From NCBI RefSeq assembly GCF_009914755.1, contig NC_060926.1: a DNA stretch of 64,000 nt; one strand, given 5' to 3'. Every line of letters begins with the position of its first letter. Position 1 is the stretch's first letter. The position numbers were made by a program, and so were the translations under genes. Positions 1-13,658 of the stretch are shown here, one piece after another. Under the pieces are notes generated by a model, which was not told where the DNA came from, did not search any database, and saw only the letters and a list, made by a program, of their open reading frames with translations. Source of the stretch: the human T2T-CHM13v2.0 reference genome, Homo sapiens.

Positions 1-3000
1 AGGCTTCTGGGCTGGCTTTATGCTGACAAGGGCCTTCTGCACTGTCAGCCCGGCCCCAGCTCCCAGCAAGTCTCCTTTCGCTCCCCATTACGGCCACTGG
101 GGCTCCCTTTGGCAAGGCCTGAGGGCCCAAATGTGGCCATCTAGCCTCTGGGGACTTCCTTCCTTTGGAGCTAGAAAAACAGGTGCAGAATGTGTCTGGC
201 TACAGCAGGGGCCCGCCCACTCACCTATAGAAAGGCCCTGCCATGGACTGAGCCTCCCAGCCTAGGAAACCTGGCTCTGGCCTCCCCTGCAGGCATATGA
301 TGTTTGGCTCCAGAGGCCTTCTCCTCTGGGCTTTTCCATGCCTGTGAACTGGGCCCCATTCATTTCTCTGTGGTTTCATGGGAACGTCCAATGCATTCAG
401 GAGGTTGCAGTGCGCGCAGGAGGAGAGGGGTCAGCGAGAGGCCCGAGCTGTGACTGGTGGGCCACCCAGAGGCCACGGCACCCTCTGCTGGAGACTGGCA
501 GCAGGGTGCATGGCCAGCTGTGGGTGGGGGTCCATCAGTCAAGCAGCTGCACTTTCTCCCCATCCCCCTCCCCTACCCAGGCAAGGTGCTCTGCCTGCGG
601 CTCCCTTTCTCCAGGCCTCCACTTTCCAGCTCCCAGGCACCCAGCCCCACCCGGCCTGGCCTGGAACAGAGCTGCCACCAAGATCTCTTCCACTTTCCCT
701 CCCCAGCAGCCTGCAATTCAGTGCTCCGTAGACCCCTGCCTCCCAGGGCTCTGCGGTTTCCACCACACTACACTCAATTTCCAGCTGCTAAGAACACAGC
801 AGGTTCTACGTAAAGGTGGCCATCACCTGCACCCCATGGGTTGCCCAGCCATGGAGAAGAGGCCATGGTTGGGTACACAGCTTCTGAGACAGGCCCAGCA
901 GCTGCCTTCATGGCCTCGGCAGAGCCCAGGGCTCTGGAGCTTACAGGCAGCGTGTGCCCAAGTGTGGAAAATTTGGTCTGCAGAAGAAATGAGGCTGAAA
1001 TTGGCTGGGAGCAATTCTTATCAAAGCCACGTTAGCAGTTTTCAGCAAGAGCTAATTGAACAAGCTCTGTGAGCGGCCTCATTCCATTAGCAGGAGCCTC
1101 CCACAGAGCGTGACAAGGGCCCTGGTGGCTGAGGGCAGAAGAGGCTGTTTCTGTCCCACATTTGCCTTTGGCCTTTGAAAATGGACACATTTTCAGCTTT
1201 GGGCACTGGTCCTGCCCCTCTGCCCCGGCTCCCGCTCATTTCCAAGGCCACTCTCTGAGTGTCCTGTGTGAGGAAGGGGTGAGGTGAGTTTGTCAGCACT
1301 TTATCAGGTGCATGGATCTGAAATGGGACACCTCTGGCCTCCTTGCCAGAGGGTGGCTTTGTGGTGAGGGTAGGGGAGGCAGAAGAAACTTCTAGAAATG
1401 TTGCTTTTACTGTGTTTTTTGCCCAAGTCCTAGAGTTGGGGCACCCAGGCCAGTCACATCATAAGATGTGTAATAATAATGTCTTATTTATTCGAGGCCA
1501 GGAACTTGAACATTGCTTCCCTGTTTTACAGGGAAACAAATTGAGATTACATGAGCTTAAGAAGCAAGTGAGTGGTAGGGCTGGCATTCCATGCAAGCCA
1601 CTGAGGAGAAGCCCCTTGTCTCCATGGCAGGGCCAGGAGAGGGGAGGGACACCCCCCAACCCCTACCACCTGCCAGACAGGACCTTCCTGGCCACAGATG
1701 CCCTGGATCCCTGACTATCAAAACCCAGCCCCAGCCTTTCAGCTGAGCAGAGAAATACTCAGATCCAGTTCCTCGATGGTCAGGGAAGGCAGGCTTCCTC
1801 TGAAGAGCAGATCGCTTTACCCCTTTCTCATCTCATCACCTCTGAGCCCTGCCAGGGTGAGAGCAGCCTTTCCCAGCATCGTCCTTTAAGATGCGACAGA
1901 AACAGGTCCCACCTGAGCCAGCAGGAATGCGGCACCCAGTGGCTGGCTCTGCAGTCTTGATGCTCGCCGGCACCTTCAGGGTGAAGGACGCCCTGTCGTA
2001 AACGCATGAAGAGCCCTGCGTTTCATATATTGATGTTGTTGCTTTTTCTTTAGAGGAACGTTTGTGCACTGTGGGAACCTCTGTCTCTACCAGTGTCACC
2101 CTTGCTGTGGGGAGTGTGTACCGTGTGCGGGGGGCTGGTGGCCTTTCTCTGCTGTCTGCCACAGTTTGTGAGGGGCTCGCTGAGCCTCATACCTGAGCCT
2201 CCCCCTCCCCACCCCCTCCTGCCCCAGGGAGGCCCAGAACCAGGGAGGAGAGGTGCTGGGAGTGAGTGCCGAGGAGCTGGGGTCCTGGCCCTGCAGCCAC
2301 TGTCACAGCACAGCCCCACCCCAGACCTCCAGAGTGGTGGGGCCCTGGTGGTGCAGGTTCCAGACGCTTGGCTGATGCCAGGCCTGGATCCAAGGCCCCC
2401 GTCTCCGAGGCCTTAGCTTGCTGTTCTGGAAGGTGATGCTGGCTGGCAGCCATTCCCAGCCCCTCGGAAAGCAGTTGTCAGGCAGTCCCTGAGCTCCAGC
2501 GCCCCATCCCCCGCAGGGCCCAGTGATCTCACGCCTGTGCCCCTGGTGCTGGGAGGAGTGGGGTGACACTAGGGCCAGTGCCCACATCAGAGGAGGAAGG
2601 TATGAGGCCAGGGCAGGGGGCAGGGCGCCCTCCCGTCCAGCAGCCCCAGTGCCCACTCTGCGCCCTTCGGGGCTCCCGTGGCCCAGAGTGTGGAGCGGCT
2701 CAACCTGACCACCCAGGATAGCTTGGGGGCGTTTCGGAGGTTTGGCTGCCTAGGCTGTGCACCTAGCACAGCTCCCCAGGAGAGGGAGGGAGGAGGTCAG
2801 GGGAGAGGGCCCTGCTGACCGGGTCATCTCTGGCCCTGGGTTCCCATAGGAGCGCCTAGGCTCTAAGCTGGAGCCTCCCCATCCCAGGACCTTGGGGAGA
2901 AAGAGGCTGGGCGCCACCTGCTGGCCCACCAGGGAATTGACAGGGTGGGGGACTGTGGAGCCTGTGCTGGCCGCAGATGAGAGCCCTGACTCCCACCTTC

Positions 3001-6000
3001 CCTACCCCACCCACCCTGCACCGTCCAGCTCAGTTCTCTGACCCGTGGTGCCAGGTCCCATTTGCAATGGCGAATACTGAACTCGGTGCAACTCTGGCTG
3101 CTGGCAGCTGGGCTTGGCCTGCACCTTTCTGTCCCCAAACTCCACTGGGGACCCACCTTCCAGCCACCCCAGGGTGCCACCGCCAGAGCCAGGGGTCAGC
3201 CCCACCTTCATTCACTCCTACTCATAGCCTACCTGTTCACTCTGCCCCCATCTGCTACTTGCAGCATCAGAAGGACATGAGGGCACCAAACAGCCCCTGC
3301 AGCTGTCCTCAAACATCATGGCCAAGGCTGCGCCTGGGAAGTGGACTTTCTGTGGTGCTAGCTCCCTCCTCAGTGCCCTTGACCTTTGTCTGGGTCCCTG
3401 CTTAATGTGGCCTAACTAGTTGGGCCAGAGCTCCACAGGTGCTGTCCTGACTCCCAGCCCCAGGAGGGAGGGAGAGGCTGAGACGGCAAGGGAAGCAGAG
3501 ACTCAGCCACACCAAGGGCCCTGGCAAGGTGGGCCTCTCCTCCATAGCCTCACCAGGCTTCACGTTCAAGGTCACCAAGAGTGCACTTGTTCACTGTCGA
3601 GGGCAGAGGTGACTCCTGGGACTGTGCTGGGGGTCCAGGGAGAGCAGGTAGCGGAGTTGCCAGGGAAGCAGCTTGCCTGAGGTCTGTGGTCTTGGCAGGG
3701 GCTTCCACAGCGGCCCCACCCTCTCCCTGTCCCCTCCCTCCTGTCCTTGTCCTCGTGTTTACTGAAAACCATGAGAAGGGATGTGGAGAGCGCCTGCAGG
3801 AACTGAGAGCAGGAGCCTGGCTCAGCCCTGAGAGGCCCCCAGATATTCAATTCCTAAACCCATAGAGGGTGGGGCATGGGCACAGAGGAGTAACCAGGGG
3901 CCACCTCACACAGCCCTGCTCTTTCACCCTGCCCGCCTGGTGGCCTCCTTAGCCTGCAGCCTCAGTGCTGCCCGCTATGGGGTCATGCTGCCTCCTGCTG
4001 GCCACACTGCAAAATGCAGCCCAGGGTCGGGCCTAAGGCTACACTTGTCCCTCTTCCGGCAAGCCTGCAGCTGGGCTGGAGGGGAAAGCAGGCACCACAG
4101 AATTGCCTGGATGCTCCTGCCCAGGAGGATTGTCCGACTGCATGGGGAGAAAAGTCCAGAACCGTGCCTGGCACATAGTAGTTTTTATGGAGTGAGAGGG
4201 CAAAAGTACGCATGATTGTGTGCATCTGAAGTATTTCCGTGCTGATGGCCTGACCAGTATCAGATTATTTTTCAAGCAGGAATTTTGATTCCTCTTGGGT
4301 TCACAATATCTTATTATGAAATCCGAATAAGAACAGTCTAATGGCACCAGACAGTGATACAGGTGAGCCTAGAACAGTCAGTGTTCATGTGGGGGACTGC
4401 AGCCTGCTTTTCAGGGAGGCTTCAAAAGAATTGAGGAACACAGATTGATGGCAGGGATGAAAATCACAGGGCATATTGAGGAGACCCCCAGCTGGCCATG
4501 TGGGGGGCAGGTGGGGCAACAGGAGAACAGTGCCTGCGTCCTGAGGGCTTTCAATGCATCAGGCAGAGGGCCTGCCAGTGCAGAACCTGTTTTCTCTGCG
4601 TCCATGACAGCCCTGAGCAGGTGCCATTGTGACCCCTGTCCTGCATTTGAGACAGAGGATGGGGAGGGCTCTGTGATTTGTTCAGAATCCCACGGCAAGA
4701 AAGTTGTGGAGCTGAGAGTCAAACCTGGGCTTGGGAGACTTGTAGTGGGTTAAGGGCTTGAACACAGGGTTTTTGGCAGGAAGTGGTGGGCACAAGCACA
4801 GATTAGGGCTGGGAGGTGGGGTGGCACATCACAGGCCGTTACTGCCACCCAGAGGGCAACATGGATGCTCCTCCTTTTACCTGCTGGGTGTCCTGTGTGG
4901 TAGAAGGGCAGGCTGAAGCTTGATCCTTGTGGTCACACATCCCAGCTGTCACCTGCCTTACTGTGTGCCATGAGCCAGCCCAAAAAAGTCCCCACTAGTC
5001 CCCAGGGGAGGCGCTAGGGGTGCTGGGCTGGCTTCCCTCCTCTCCAGGTGGTGCCTGCCCTCCTGGGGCATTTCCCAGCCCTTCTTCCTCTGCATCTCAG
5101 GCTCCCTGGGGAGGCAGATATGCTCTCAGGACATCCTGGCAGAGCACAGCCACACGTCTGCCCTGGCAGGCCCACCCTGGGTGGAGGAGGGGCTCTATAT
5201 GCCAGGGCTCTCTCTCTCGGTGGCTGGCTTTCTTTCCACGAGCATGGCCAGATGACGAGGCTCACCCGCAGCACTACTCACACCTCCAGGAAGGGAAGTT
5301 GATGGCAGGGTTCTGGCTGCAGCCAGGCCTGCGGGAGCTTCCTCCCTGATCTCTCTCACTCAAGGGGAAAGCTCAGGGCTGGGCATGAAGGCTGGGGAAA
5401 GGCAGGGAAGGCAGAGTCCCCCCAGGCTGGTCAAGGCCCCGATAGCCCCATGTCTCCCTGAGGGGGCGGCTTTCCCCATGAAGAGGGTCCTGGTCACCAA
5501 GGCATGAGGACATGCCCAAGGCTGGCCCATCACAACAGGCTCCAGCTCTTGTGCACATGTGTGATCTTCTTGTCCCACCAAAGGCGGGAAAAAGAAGTGC
5601 GTGGCCTCCTGCCCCAGATTTGGTGGTAGGGTCAGTGGTGCTGACCTCAGTGCTGTGTGATACCAGCCCCCCAGCCTTTGCCTGGTTCATGTCCCACATC
5701 GCCTATCGGTCCCCGCTCCTTCAGTCTGGGACCTTGGCCTGCTCAGTCCTTCTGTGGGGAGCCACATCCATTCACAGTGACTGTTGAGTCTAATGACAGA
5801 CACCCAAGTGCTGCAAAGCCAGAGCAGCAGCCCCTGAAAGGGTGACTCTGGGGTCTCACCCCATCCCCACTCCTGCCCTGTCCTCTGGTGAGGGCTTCCC
5901 TCCTGCTGCCTCAGACTGTCCTGTCTACCCTCAGAGACCCTGTTGGGAGGCTTCCCTCCAACAAGGCACCGTCCCCAGAGGAGAAGGGAGCCCAGCACTC

Positions 6001-6526
6001 CTGGGACTGTGGGGTCCTTGGTCCACTCACCACTGCCACATGCCTCAGGGAGCCCTCAGAGCAGGGGCTGAGCTGGGGCCCCAGGGTTCCCATGCCCTGG
6101 GCGAGCATGGTGCCCTCTTACAGCCTGGGCTGCCCGAGTGTTCCAGGCATCCTGTCATTCAGCAGAGATCTTTCCTCGGTGCCTTCTCTGGATTGGGTGG
6201 GCTGCTGAGCTCTGGGGCTGCTGCAGTGAATTATTTAATAGATGGGTGCTTCCCTGCTCTCCAGGGTCCCCCTCTGGGAGAGCCAGCACAGGAGCTAACC
6301 AGTCAGAGGAGAAGGCGGTGTAGACCAACTGGTGCAGGGAGACCATGGGGGTGCTGGGCAAGACAGGGACTTGGCGGAACACATGAGATGAGGTAGCTGG
6401 GAGGTTGTCTTTAAGCTGAGACCTGAAGGGTGATTGATAGAGAGCCAGGCCGGCTGCAGCGTGGGAAAGCCTGCGCACCTGTCCCCAAACCCCAGCGGTC
6501 CCTCCCATCCCACCCACCCTCTGCAG

Positions 6527-6710
6527 GCTCGTGGAGGAGTTCATGCTCTTGGCCAACATGGCAGTGGCCCACAAGATCCACCGCGCCTTCCCCGAGCAGG
6601 CCCTGCTGCGCCGGCACCCCCCGCCCCAAACAAGGATGCTCAGTGACCTGGTGGAATTCTGCGACCAGATGGGGCTGCCCGTGGACTTCAGCTCCGCAGG
6701 AGCCCTCAAT
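6527..6710 (+). CDS. DIS3L2: DIS3L2 exon 15 (RNB domain)
   Basis: ctgcag|GCTCGTGGAG...CCCTCAAT|gtgagt; encodes [33 protein letters not shown]...SSAGALN. Confidence 0.96.
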
Positions 6711-9700
6711 GTGAGTGGTGGGCAGGATTCGGGGGAGGCCCTGCTTGGGGGAAAGAAGAGAAAGACCTGGAAGGTGGGGTGGTCCAGCGGCCTCTGCTTC
6801 CCCCCAGAGTCCCTCCCCTTCAGCCAGGTCTCTCCTGTAGGGAAGGAGGCCCTGGGAGAAAGGGCCCCTCTGAGTCACAGGGGCCCTGACAGTGGGACCT
6901 GCCCCTTCACCAGGACTGTGCCAAGCGGGGGGACCCTGGAGGCCTAGCAGAGGGCAGGGGTCCTGTGGCCAGAAAGGGCTGGTCTTGGGCCCAGAGGCTT
7001 TCAGAGTCGGGGCTGGAATTGTAGGAATCCCGGGAATGTTCCTGGTGGGTACTTTCAGGTGCTCCCTGCCTGGGGCAAAGCTAAGAAACCCAGGGCCTTG
7101 GCTGTGGTCCTGGAGGAGGGAGACATCTCACCCAGGCCCAACCCTGGGAGGGGAAGGCAGGTGCCCCAGGCCAGAGAGCTGGAGCCCAGTGAGTCCAGGC
7201 CAGCCAGCAAAAACATGGAAGTGTGGGCCACAGGGTGTGGGCGGCTGCCCCCTCTCCCCACCCATCCCCTCTGAGCAGGGCTGAGCCCCACAGGCAACTC
7301 CTCCCCCCAGAGCCGGGCATGAGGTGCTCAGCGGATGACAGGGCCCAGAGTCTCTGCCCGAGCTGGACCACACGTCACATAGGTTTCTGGGATTTGCTTC
7401 TAGAAAAGCCTGACCCAAACATTTGGAGATGACAAGTACTCACTGGCCCGCAAGGAGGTGCTCACCAACATGTGCTCCCGGCCCATGCAGGTAAGGAGGG
7501 CCCAGCCCCGGCCTCCCCTGCTCCCAGGAGCACACTAGCCCCAGACCTGTGACCTCCACGTGCAAGCACAGGCCCCCACCGTTCCTGCCTGCTCTGGACA
7601 TGGCTGGGTGGACGGGGGCTGCTCCTCCTCTGCCAGAGGGTGGGAGAGGAGGCCGACCCCAGGCAGCACCTAGGAGGGGGCACCCTGAGCCTCTTGAGTT
7701 TGAGCCGCTGTCTCCTGCTCACACTCGCTCAAGGACAGAGTGCCCTGGAGCTGAGGGGCTACTGAGACCTCCTGTCAGGCTGGGGTCCTGGAGGAGAGAC
7801 AGGGTCCCATGTGGTTTCCTGTCCCAGGGAACACTCCGCAGCCTCCATCCCCACATGTGGAGTCCAGAACCAGCTGTCAGCCTCTGGCCAGTGTGGGAAA
7901 GAAGCGGACTTGGCCGGGGGCCTAGGCCTGGGCCTGCAGGGAGGTGGCAGCCTGTGGGGTGGACAGCTGGGCTTGCTCTGGGATGCCTGTCACAGCGCCC
8001 CAGGCTGAGCTTCCCCCATGCAGGGCCCGAGCATCCTGGGACCAGGACCCCAGAGGACCCTCGGGTCAGCGGGAGCAGTGGATGCTGATGGGTCGGCTCT
8101 GGGTCCCACCCCGGCCCAGGGGCAGAGACAGGCTGTATTTTAGGGGCTCGGTCACTCAGCAGATTCAATCTGTTCACAAGAACTGATGGCTTCAGCTGAC
8201 CTCAGTGGATTTATTTTCTGACACTTCAAGCTCTGCTGGGTTTGAAGCCATCAGGGCCTGCTTGGGCCTGGTCACCGTGACCTGCCCCCAGTCACAAGTG
8301 TCTGCCCAGCCAAGCACCTGTGGCACCCACAGCGGAGAGGGGCTGGGCCGTGCCCACTGGGCTCTCTCTGTTCTACACTGCAGCGGCTCTAGGCCTGGCA
8401 GAGAAGGCACAGCAGCCCCTGAGTCCCAGAACTGCCTCTGGCTCTGCCCTGCTGGGGCCCCTCCCATGTCCCTGCCTCTGACGCCATCACCTCCAAGGAG
8501 GTACAAGCCAAGCTGGAGCTCCAGAGATCGGAGCCGCTCCGGAGTTAGCCAGAGCCCGAAAAGCCTGCATTCTCCTGGCTCGCCTCCCAGGGAGCTCAGA
8601 GGTGCCCTTGCCCGGGAATCCGATGGCAGAGAGTTACCAGGTCTGCGGTGCTCCTGTTCCTCAGCCCCGGGAACTGGGGTGGGGACAGGGCAGGGCAGCA
8701 GCAGAGAGCACAGAAAGGTGTGAGGGGGCACACAGTCCCCAGTGAGCATCTGCATCAGGACACCAGGGCTGTCCGAGGGCTGTCCCAGGGATGGCTGGGC
8801 CTGTGGGAAAGCCATGGTCCCCACCCATCCCACCCGACCCTGAGCCACCTCCACCAGCCAAGAGGGGCCAGGGCCCTTCATCAACCTCACCCAGGTCATC
8901 TGGGGAACTGGGCCACCACTGAGAACAAAGCCCAGACATGTCTGGGAGTGGAGGCTGTGCCCACCTCCCCCAGAGACTTGCCCCCGACTTAACCCAGGGC
9001 CCAGCAGGGGCTGGAAGGGAAGTGGAGTTAGGGAGCGGAGCAGGTCACCATCAGCTGCGCCCTGGATTCCAGGGCCCGTGTGCACAGAGTAACGGGAGCC
9101 GGCTGTCTGTCTGGCCAAGGGCACAGGAGGGTGAGTGTGTACAGCAGCCAGGGAGCAAGGGAGCCAGAGAGACACACAGGCGTGACCTTGGACCTCTGCG
9201 AGGAACCCGTTCACTCGCTCCCAGGCAGTAGCACTGGCCCTGACACCCAGCCCTGAAAGCTCGGGGACTGCAGGACAAACAGCTTCAGGGGCTGTGGCCC
9301 CAGCTGGGACGGGCTATGCGCTGGTCCCTAGAGACTCTCGGTATCTCCCCCTGCCCCAGTCCTGCCTCCTGCCCAGCACAAGGGCCTTTGGAACTCAGCC
9401 CTCTGTGTCTCAGCCCCCGGGAGGGTCAGGTGTCAGAGACGAGAAGGGCCGAGGCTGGCAGGCCGGAAACTGCCTCCCTTGACTGCTGTGGGGTGGAGTA
9501 TTGGCGAGCACAGAGGTGCCCGGGTGAAGCGTGGCTTCAGCTGGGCGGGATCAGTGCCAGAGGGGATGAGGACGGCCCCGACCAAAGGTGGGCCTAGGCT
9601 GGAGAGGAAGCTCCAAGAGCCTGAGGCCCGTATTGCACAGGGCAGGGGATCGCATCCTGGGCTTTCTCTCCCTCCTCCCACTCTGGCCAGATGGGAGGAT

Positions 9701-12700
9701 GGACGTTGCCTCCTTGAACAAAGACCCACAGGCTCCTTGGCTTCTGCTTGTGTCTCCAGCAGACAGCGTCTGCAGCCCCTGGTCCAACAAAACCGCAGGC
9801 GGCCTCCTCCTCTTCCTCCTCCTCATTGTCCTCCTCGACCACCACCACCTCCTCCTTCCACCACCTCCTCCTCCTCCTCCTCCGCTGTCGCCTCCTCCTC
9901 CTCCTCCTCCTCCTCCTCCTCCTCCGCTGTCGCCTCCTCCTCCTCCTCCTCCTCCTCCTCCGCTGTCGCCTCCTCCTCCTCCTCTGCCTCCACCTCTGCC
10001 ATCGCCACCTCCTCCTCCTCCTCCCCCACCCCCCGCCGCTACCTTTCTTTCTTCTTCCTTCTTCCTGGGCGAGAGTAGCAGCCCCGGCCCCATGCTGGGG
10101 AAGGGTAGGCCAGAGACTCTTCCCTCCTGGTGGTGCTCAGCAGTGACTCAGCAGGGACTGGACTTCGGAGGCTCAGCTCGTGCCCCCTACCCTGACAGCA
10201 TCCTGGGGGTTCCTGGCTCCCTGGTCCTCAGCAGGGTGGGCTTGTCCAGGCCATTCTCAGTGCTGCCACCTTGAGGGCATCTGGGAGGCCCAGGCAGGCC
10301 AGATTTGTCTCCTGGAAAGGACATGGGTACCCCTGGGCTCTGCCCAGCCTCCTGGCCTCCCCCTGGGGCCCCTTGTGCAGCAAGGGCCCTGGCCCCAGTC
10401 CTCCCTGGCGTCACTCAGCAACCAGCAGCCCATTAGGTCTGTCCACACATCGCTGCCGACGGTGAGGCTGTGGGTGGTGCCAGCCTTCCAGGCCTGGCTG
10501 GGCAGCTCTGGGCTTGTCAGGCTCTGACCCATCCCGTCCCGCAGATGGCACTGTACTTCTGCTCGGGGCTGCTGCAGGACCCAGCGCAGTTCCGGCACTA
10601 CGCGCTCAATGTGCCCCTGTACACACACTTCACCTCGCCCATCCGCCGCTTTGCCGACGTCCTGGTGCACCGCCTCCTGGCTGCCGCGTTAGGTGAGGGG
10701 TGCAGTCGGGGTCAGGGCAGACCTGGGCCAGCTCAGGGCTGCCCACCCCCACAGTGGGTGCTCAGTGGCCCAAGACCATTCTGCCGTGACAGCGGAGGTC
10801 CAAGGGTCGGGCGACCCAAGTGCAGGGGAGCCTGGCCTGGAAACTCTCCCTACGGGCCGGTGCTGCAGAAGCTGCATGGAGCCCACAGCCAGCCCTGGAC
10901 ACAGCCGGGAGGAGGGCGCTGACCTCGAAGGGCCGCTTTCTGCTGCCCTGGGAGCTGGGTGCTTGGGGTCCTAATCTGTCGGCGGGGGTGCAGCGCCATG
11001 CAGCCCATCCCCCAGCCATAGCTCTTCCCAGCCCCCCAGGCTCCCACTCTCATGCCTCACCCCCTCTTCCCAGGCTATAGGGAGCGACTAGACATGGCGC
11101 CCGATACCCTGCAGAAACAGGCGGACCACTGTAACGACCGCCGCATGGCGTCCAAGCGCGTGCAGGAGCTCAGTACCAGTCTCTTCTTTGCTGTTCTGGT
11201 CAAGGTGAGCCCTCCAGCCTGGTGCCCCTCACCTCCCTCTGGCTCCCGACCCTCCTGGGCACCTGCTCACCAGGAGGCCTCGAGGAGCCCAGGGCAGTGC
11301 CAGGAGGTGCCATGGCTGCAGCACTGTCCCTGCAGGAGAGTGGCCCCCTGGAGTCAGAAGCCATGGTGATGGGCATCCTGAAGCAAGCCTTCGACGTGCT
11401 GGTGCTGCGCTACGGCGTGCAGAAGCGCATCTACTGCAACGTGAGTGCCCTGGGAGAGCCCGGGGGCGGGCAGGGCAGCCCAAGCCATCCCGCACTGGAG
11501 GGGCACAGGCTGTGATGGGTCACACTCCACCCCTCGCTCCCCCAGCCCTAGCACAAAGCCCACCTGATGGGCCTTGCTGAGACGCCCAGCTCTCCCACCT
11601 GGGATGGTGGCTCCAGGCCCAGGGTCAGGCCTGGCCCCCTTCCCCAAGGACCCAGGAACCAGAGAGCAGGCCCCTCCATGGCCAGTACAGCTCGGCAGGG
11701 TGTGCAGGCTTTGGGGACTGTGTTTATAGGAACGTGAAGGAATGAAAGGCCAGCGAATGGTCCGTGGCCGCTTTGGAAACTGTGTCCCCTGAAGACAAGG
11801 AAGAGAGCTGTCCCTGGCTCGGCTCCTGCCCTGAGTGACTGTTGACTCACAGTTCTCTCTCCAAGGGGACATGGGCCTGTCCTAATGCTGCCTTAGGGGC
11901 TTGGCTCCAGCTGGCCCTGGGGTCTGCAGGTCACCACCTGCCTCTGTGCCTGGCTTTGAATTTCCTAACATCCAGAGTGCCCTGGGAGTACAGTGTCCAG
12001 CCCGTTGTGTGCAGTAAACGTGGTGTTCATAACCGGGAGCTGGGCAGAAGAGGAACGACAGAGTCCCCCTGCGGACCCTGGGGGCTCTGTATCCTGAAGT
12101 TCAAGCCTAGCTCACCCTGCTGTGGGCCCAGCCCTGCCTGCACTGACAGATGGCACCAGCAGGGGGCGCAGCGCTCCGCCGCCACAGTTCTCTGTCCCCA
12201 CCTCAGTGCAGTCAGCCCTGGACCCCCCACCACTTGCCCCCCATAGCACACAGAGCCACGGGCCTTCCCAGCCCCCACCCCTGGCCCTTGGTCACTCTCA
12301 CCTGCTGCCTCAGCTGAAGGTGGCCTGGCAGGGCCTCCCTGAAGCTCCCTCCAGCCAGGCAAGGGTGGGCCAGGGCCGAGGGCTGAGGGCCGCCTCCAAG
12401 CATTGAAGCCCTCCAGGGTGGAAGGGCAGGCAGCAGCATCCAGAGCTGAGGCCTGAGGCTTGGTGTTTGCACTCCAGGCACTGGCCCTGCGGTCCCACCA
12501 CTTCCAGAAGGTGGGCAAGAAGCCGGAACTCACGCTGGTCTGGGAGCCTGAGGACATGGAGCAGGAGCCAGCACAGCAGGTCAGAACCCCTCTGTGTCCC
12601 AGCCCCCTAAGTCCTGATGACCCCTCTCCTGCCTCCTGCGGTGCCCCTCATTCCTTCATCTGTGTCCCCTGGGCTCCCCCAGCACTGCAGCCTCCCGGGT

Positions 12701-13335
12701 GGGGTTTTAGGGCCCTCCCAGCTCACCCAGACCCCCTCCTGTGGGTCCTGCTTTCTGGCACCACCTTCCCTTCCTTGGGGGCAACCACAGTGGAGAGAGG
12801 AGGGGCTCTGCCTGTCCCGCTAATGCAGGGGTGCTGGCCTTCTAGGGTCCTTTAGAGAACCTGATGAAAGCTATGAGTTTACACCCAAGAAATTGTCTGG
12901 AACCGTTTTCACCAACAGTGTGCCCTGAACGCGGACCCAGGCCCTCAGGTTGTGTTTCATAAGCCTTGGGAGCGCTCAGGATGCATCTGACTCCCCAACT
13001 CTGCCCTGACCCAGGGCATTCTTCCTGGAGGGGGCCCCCATTACAGACAGGCGAGCAGAGGCTTCCAGAGGCCGAAGGAGGGGCCAGGGGTCCTGCTGCA
13101 GGGATGGAGGCAGAGCTGCGCCTCGACATCAGGCCCTGCCATCCTTGTCCCCTCACGGCTGGGCTCTGCACAGGTCATCACCATCTTCAGCCTGGTGGAG
13201 GTGGTCCTGCAGGCAGAGTCCACAGCCCTCAAGTACAGCGCCATCCTGAAGCGGCCAGGCACCCAGGGCCACCTGGGCCCTGAGAAGGAGGAGGAGGAGT
13301 CTGACGGTGAGCCCGAGGACTCAAGCACCAGCTGA
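6527..13335 (+). CDS. DIS3L2: DIS3L2 (DIS3-like 3'-5' exoribonuclease 2), 3' part: coding exons 15-21; 5' exons lie upstream of the window
   Basis: Seven AG/GT-bounded exons (6527-6710, 7404-7490, 10545-10692, 11074-11204, 11336-11440, 12478-12579, 13174-13335) join in frame. They encode RNB-domain motifs [10 protein letters not shown] and [28 protein letters not shown], the S1 region, and the C-terminus ...[10 protein letters not shown]. Confidence 0.97.
7404..7490 (+). CDS. DIS3L2: DIS3L2 exon 16
   Basis: ttctag|AAAAGCCTG...CCCATGCAG|gtaagg; 87 bp, [29 protein letters not shown]. Confidence 0.94.
9803..10045. repeat. Interrupted (CCT)n trinucleotide repeat in DIS3L2 intron 16
   Basis: Runs of CCT separated by three copies of CCGCTGTCG. 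Confidence 0.9.
10545..10692 (+). CDS. DIS3L2: DIS3L2 exon 17 (RNB signature HFTSPIRR)
   Basis: ccgcag|ATGGCA...GCGTTAG|gtgagg; MALYFCSG...[22 protein letters not shown]. Confidence 0.96.
11074..11204 (+). CDS. DIS3L2: DIS3L2 exon 18
   Basis: tcccag|GCTATAGG...GTCAAG|gtgagc; [43 protein letters not shown]. Confidence 0.95.
11336..11440 (+). CDS. DIS3L2: DIS3L2 exon 19
   Basis: ctgcag|GAGAGT...TGCAAC|gtgagt; [35 protein letters not shown]. Confidence 0.95.
12478..12579 (+). CDS. DIS3L2: DIS3L2 exon 20
   Basis: ctccag|GCACTG...CAGCAG|gtcaga; [34 protein letters not shown]. Confidence 0.95.
13174..13335 (+). CDS. DIS3L2: DIS3L2 terminal exon 21, coding part
   Basis: gcacag|GTCATCACC...AGC TGA; [29 protein letters not shown]...EDSSTS*. 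Confidence 0.95.
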
Positions 13336-13658
13336 GCTCCACCAGCCGCCTGCCCCGCCTGCCCCGCCTGCCTGTCCCGCCACACTGGCTTTAGGACCTG
13401 TTGACACGGAGGGGGGTTTTTAATTTGGTTTTTAACAACTCAGGGGTTTGTTTTTATTTTTATTTAATTTTTGCAGCTCAACTTTTAAACAAACTGCAGG
13501 GGAGAGGGTGGGGCTGGAAGGAAGGCTGAGGCCTGGTCAGCAGTGACCCCAGCAGAGCAGGCCCCAGTCCTCCTGGGAGGCTGGCCCCCCTTTTTTCTGG
13601 GCCCTACTGCCCTCCTCTGCCCAGGAAATGGGGGGGTTTCAGCAACTCAGTGTCACAG

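Noticed and set aside
338-1072. 244-aa ORF with a similar 203-aa ORF at 40165-40776
   Set aside because: The similarity reflects the segmental duplication/conversion of intronic DNA; no recognisable domain, and stop positions differ
8192-9214. 340-aa antisense ORF and other long GC-rich ORFs (14499-15422, 28931-29779, 54401-55357)
   Set aside because: Expected from stop-codon scarcity in GC-rich DNA; no protein-family motifs
9479-10274. Poly-Pro/Ser/Leu/Gly/Glu ORFs on both strands
   Set aside because: Translations of the (CCT)n repeat inside a DIS3L2 intron; no splice or homology support
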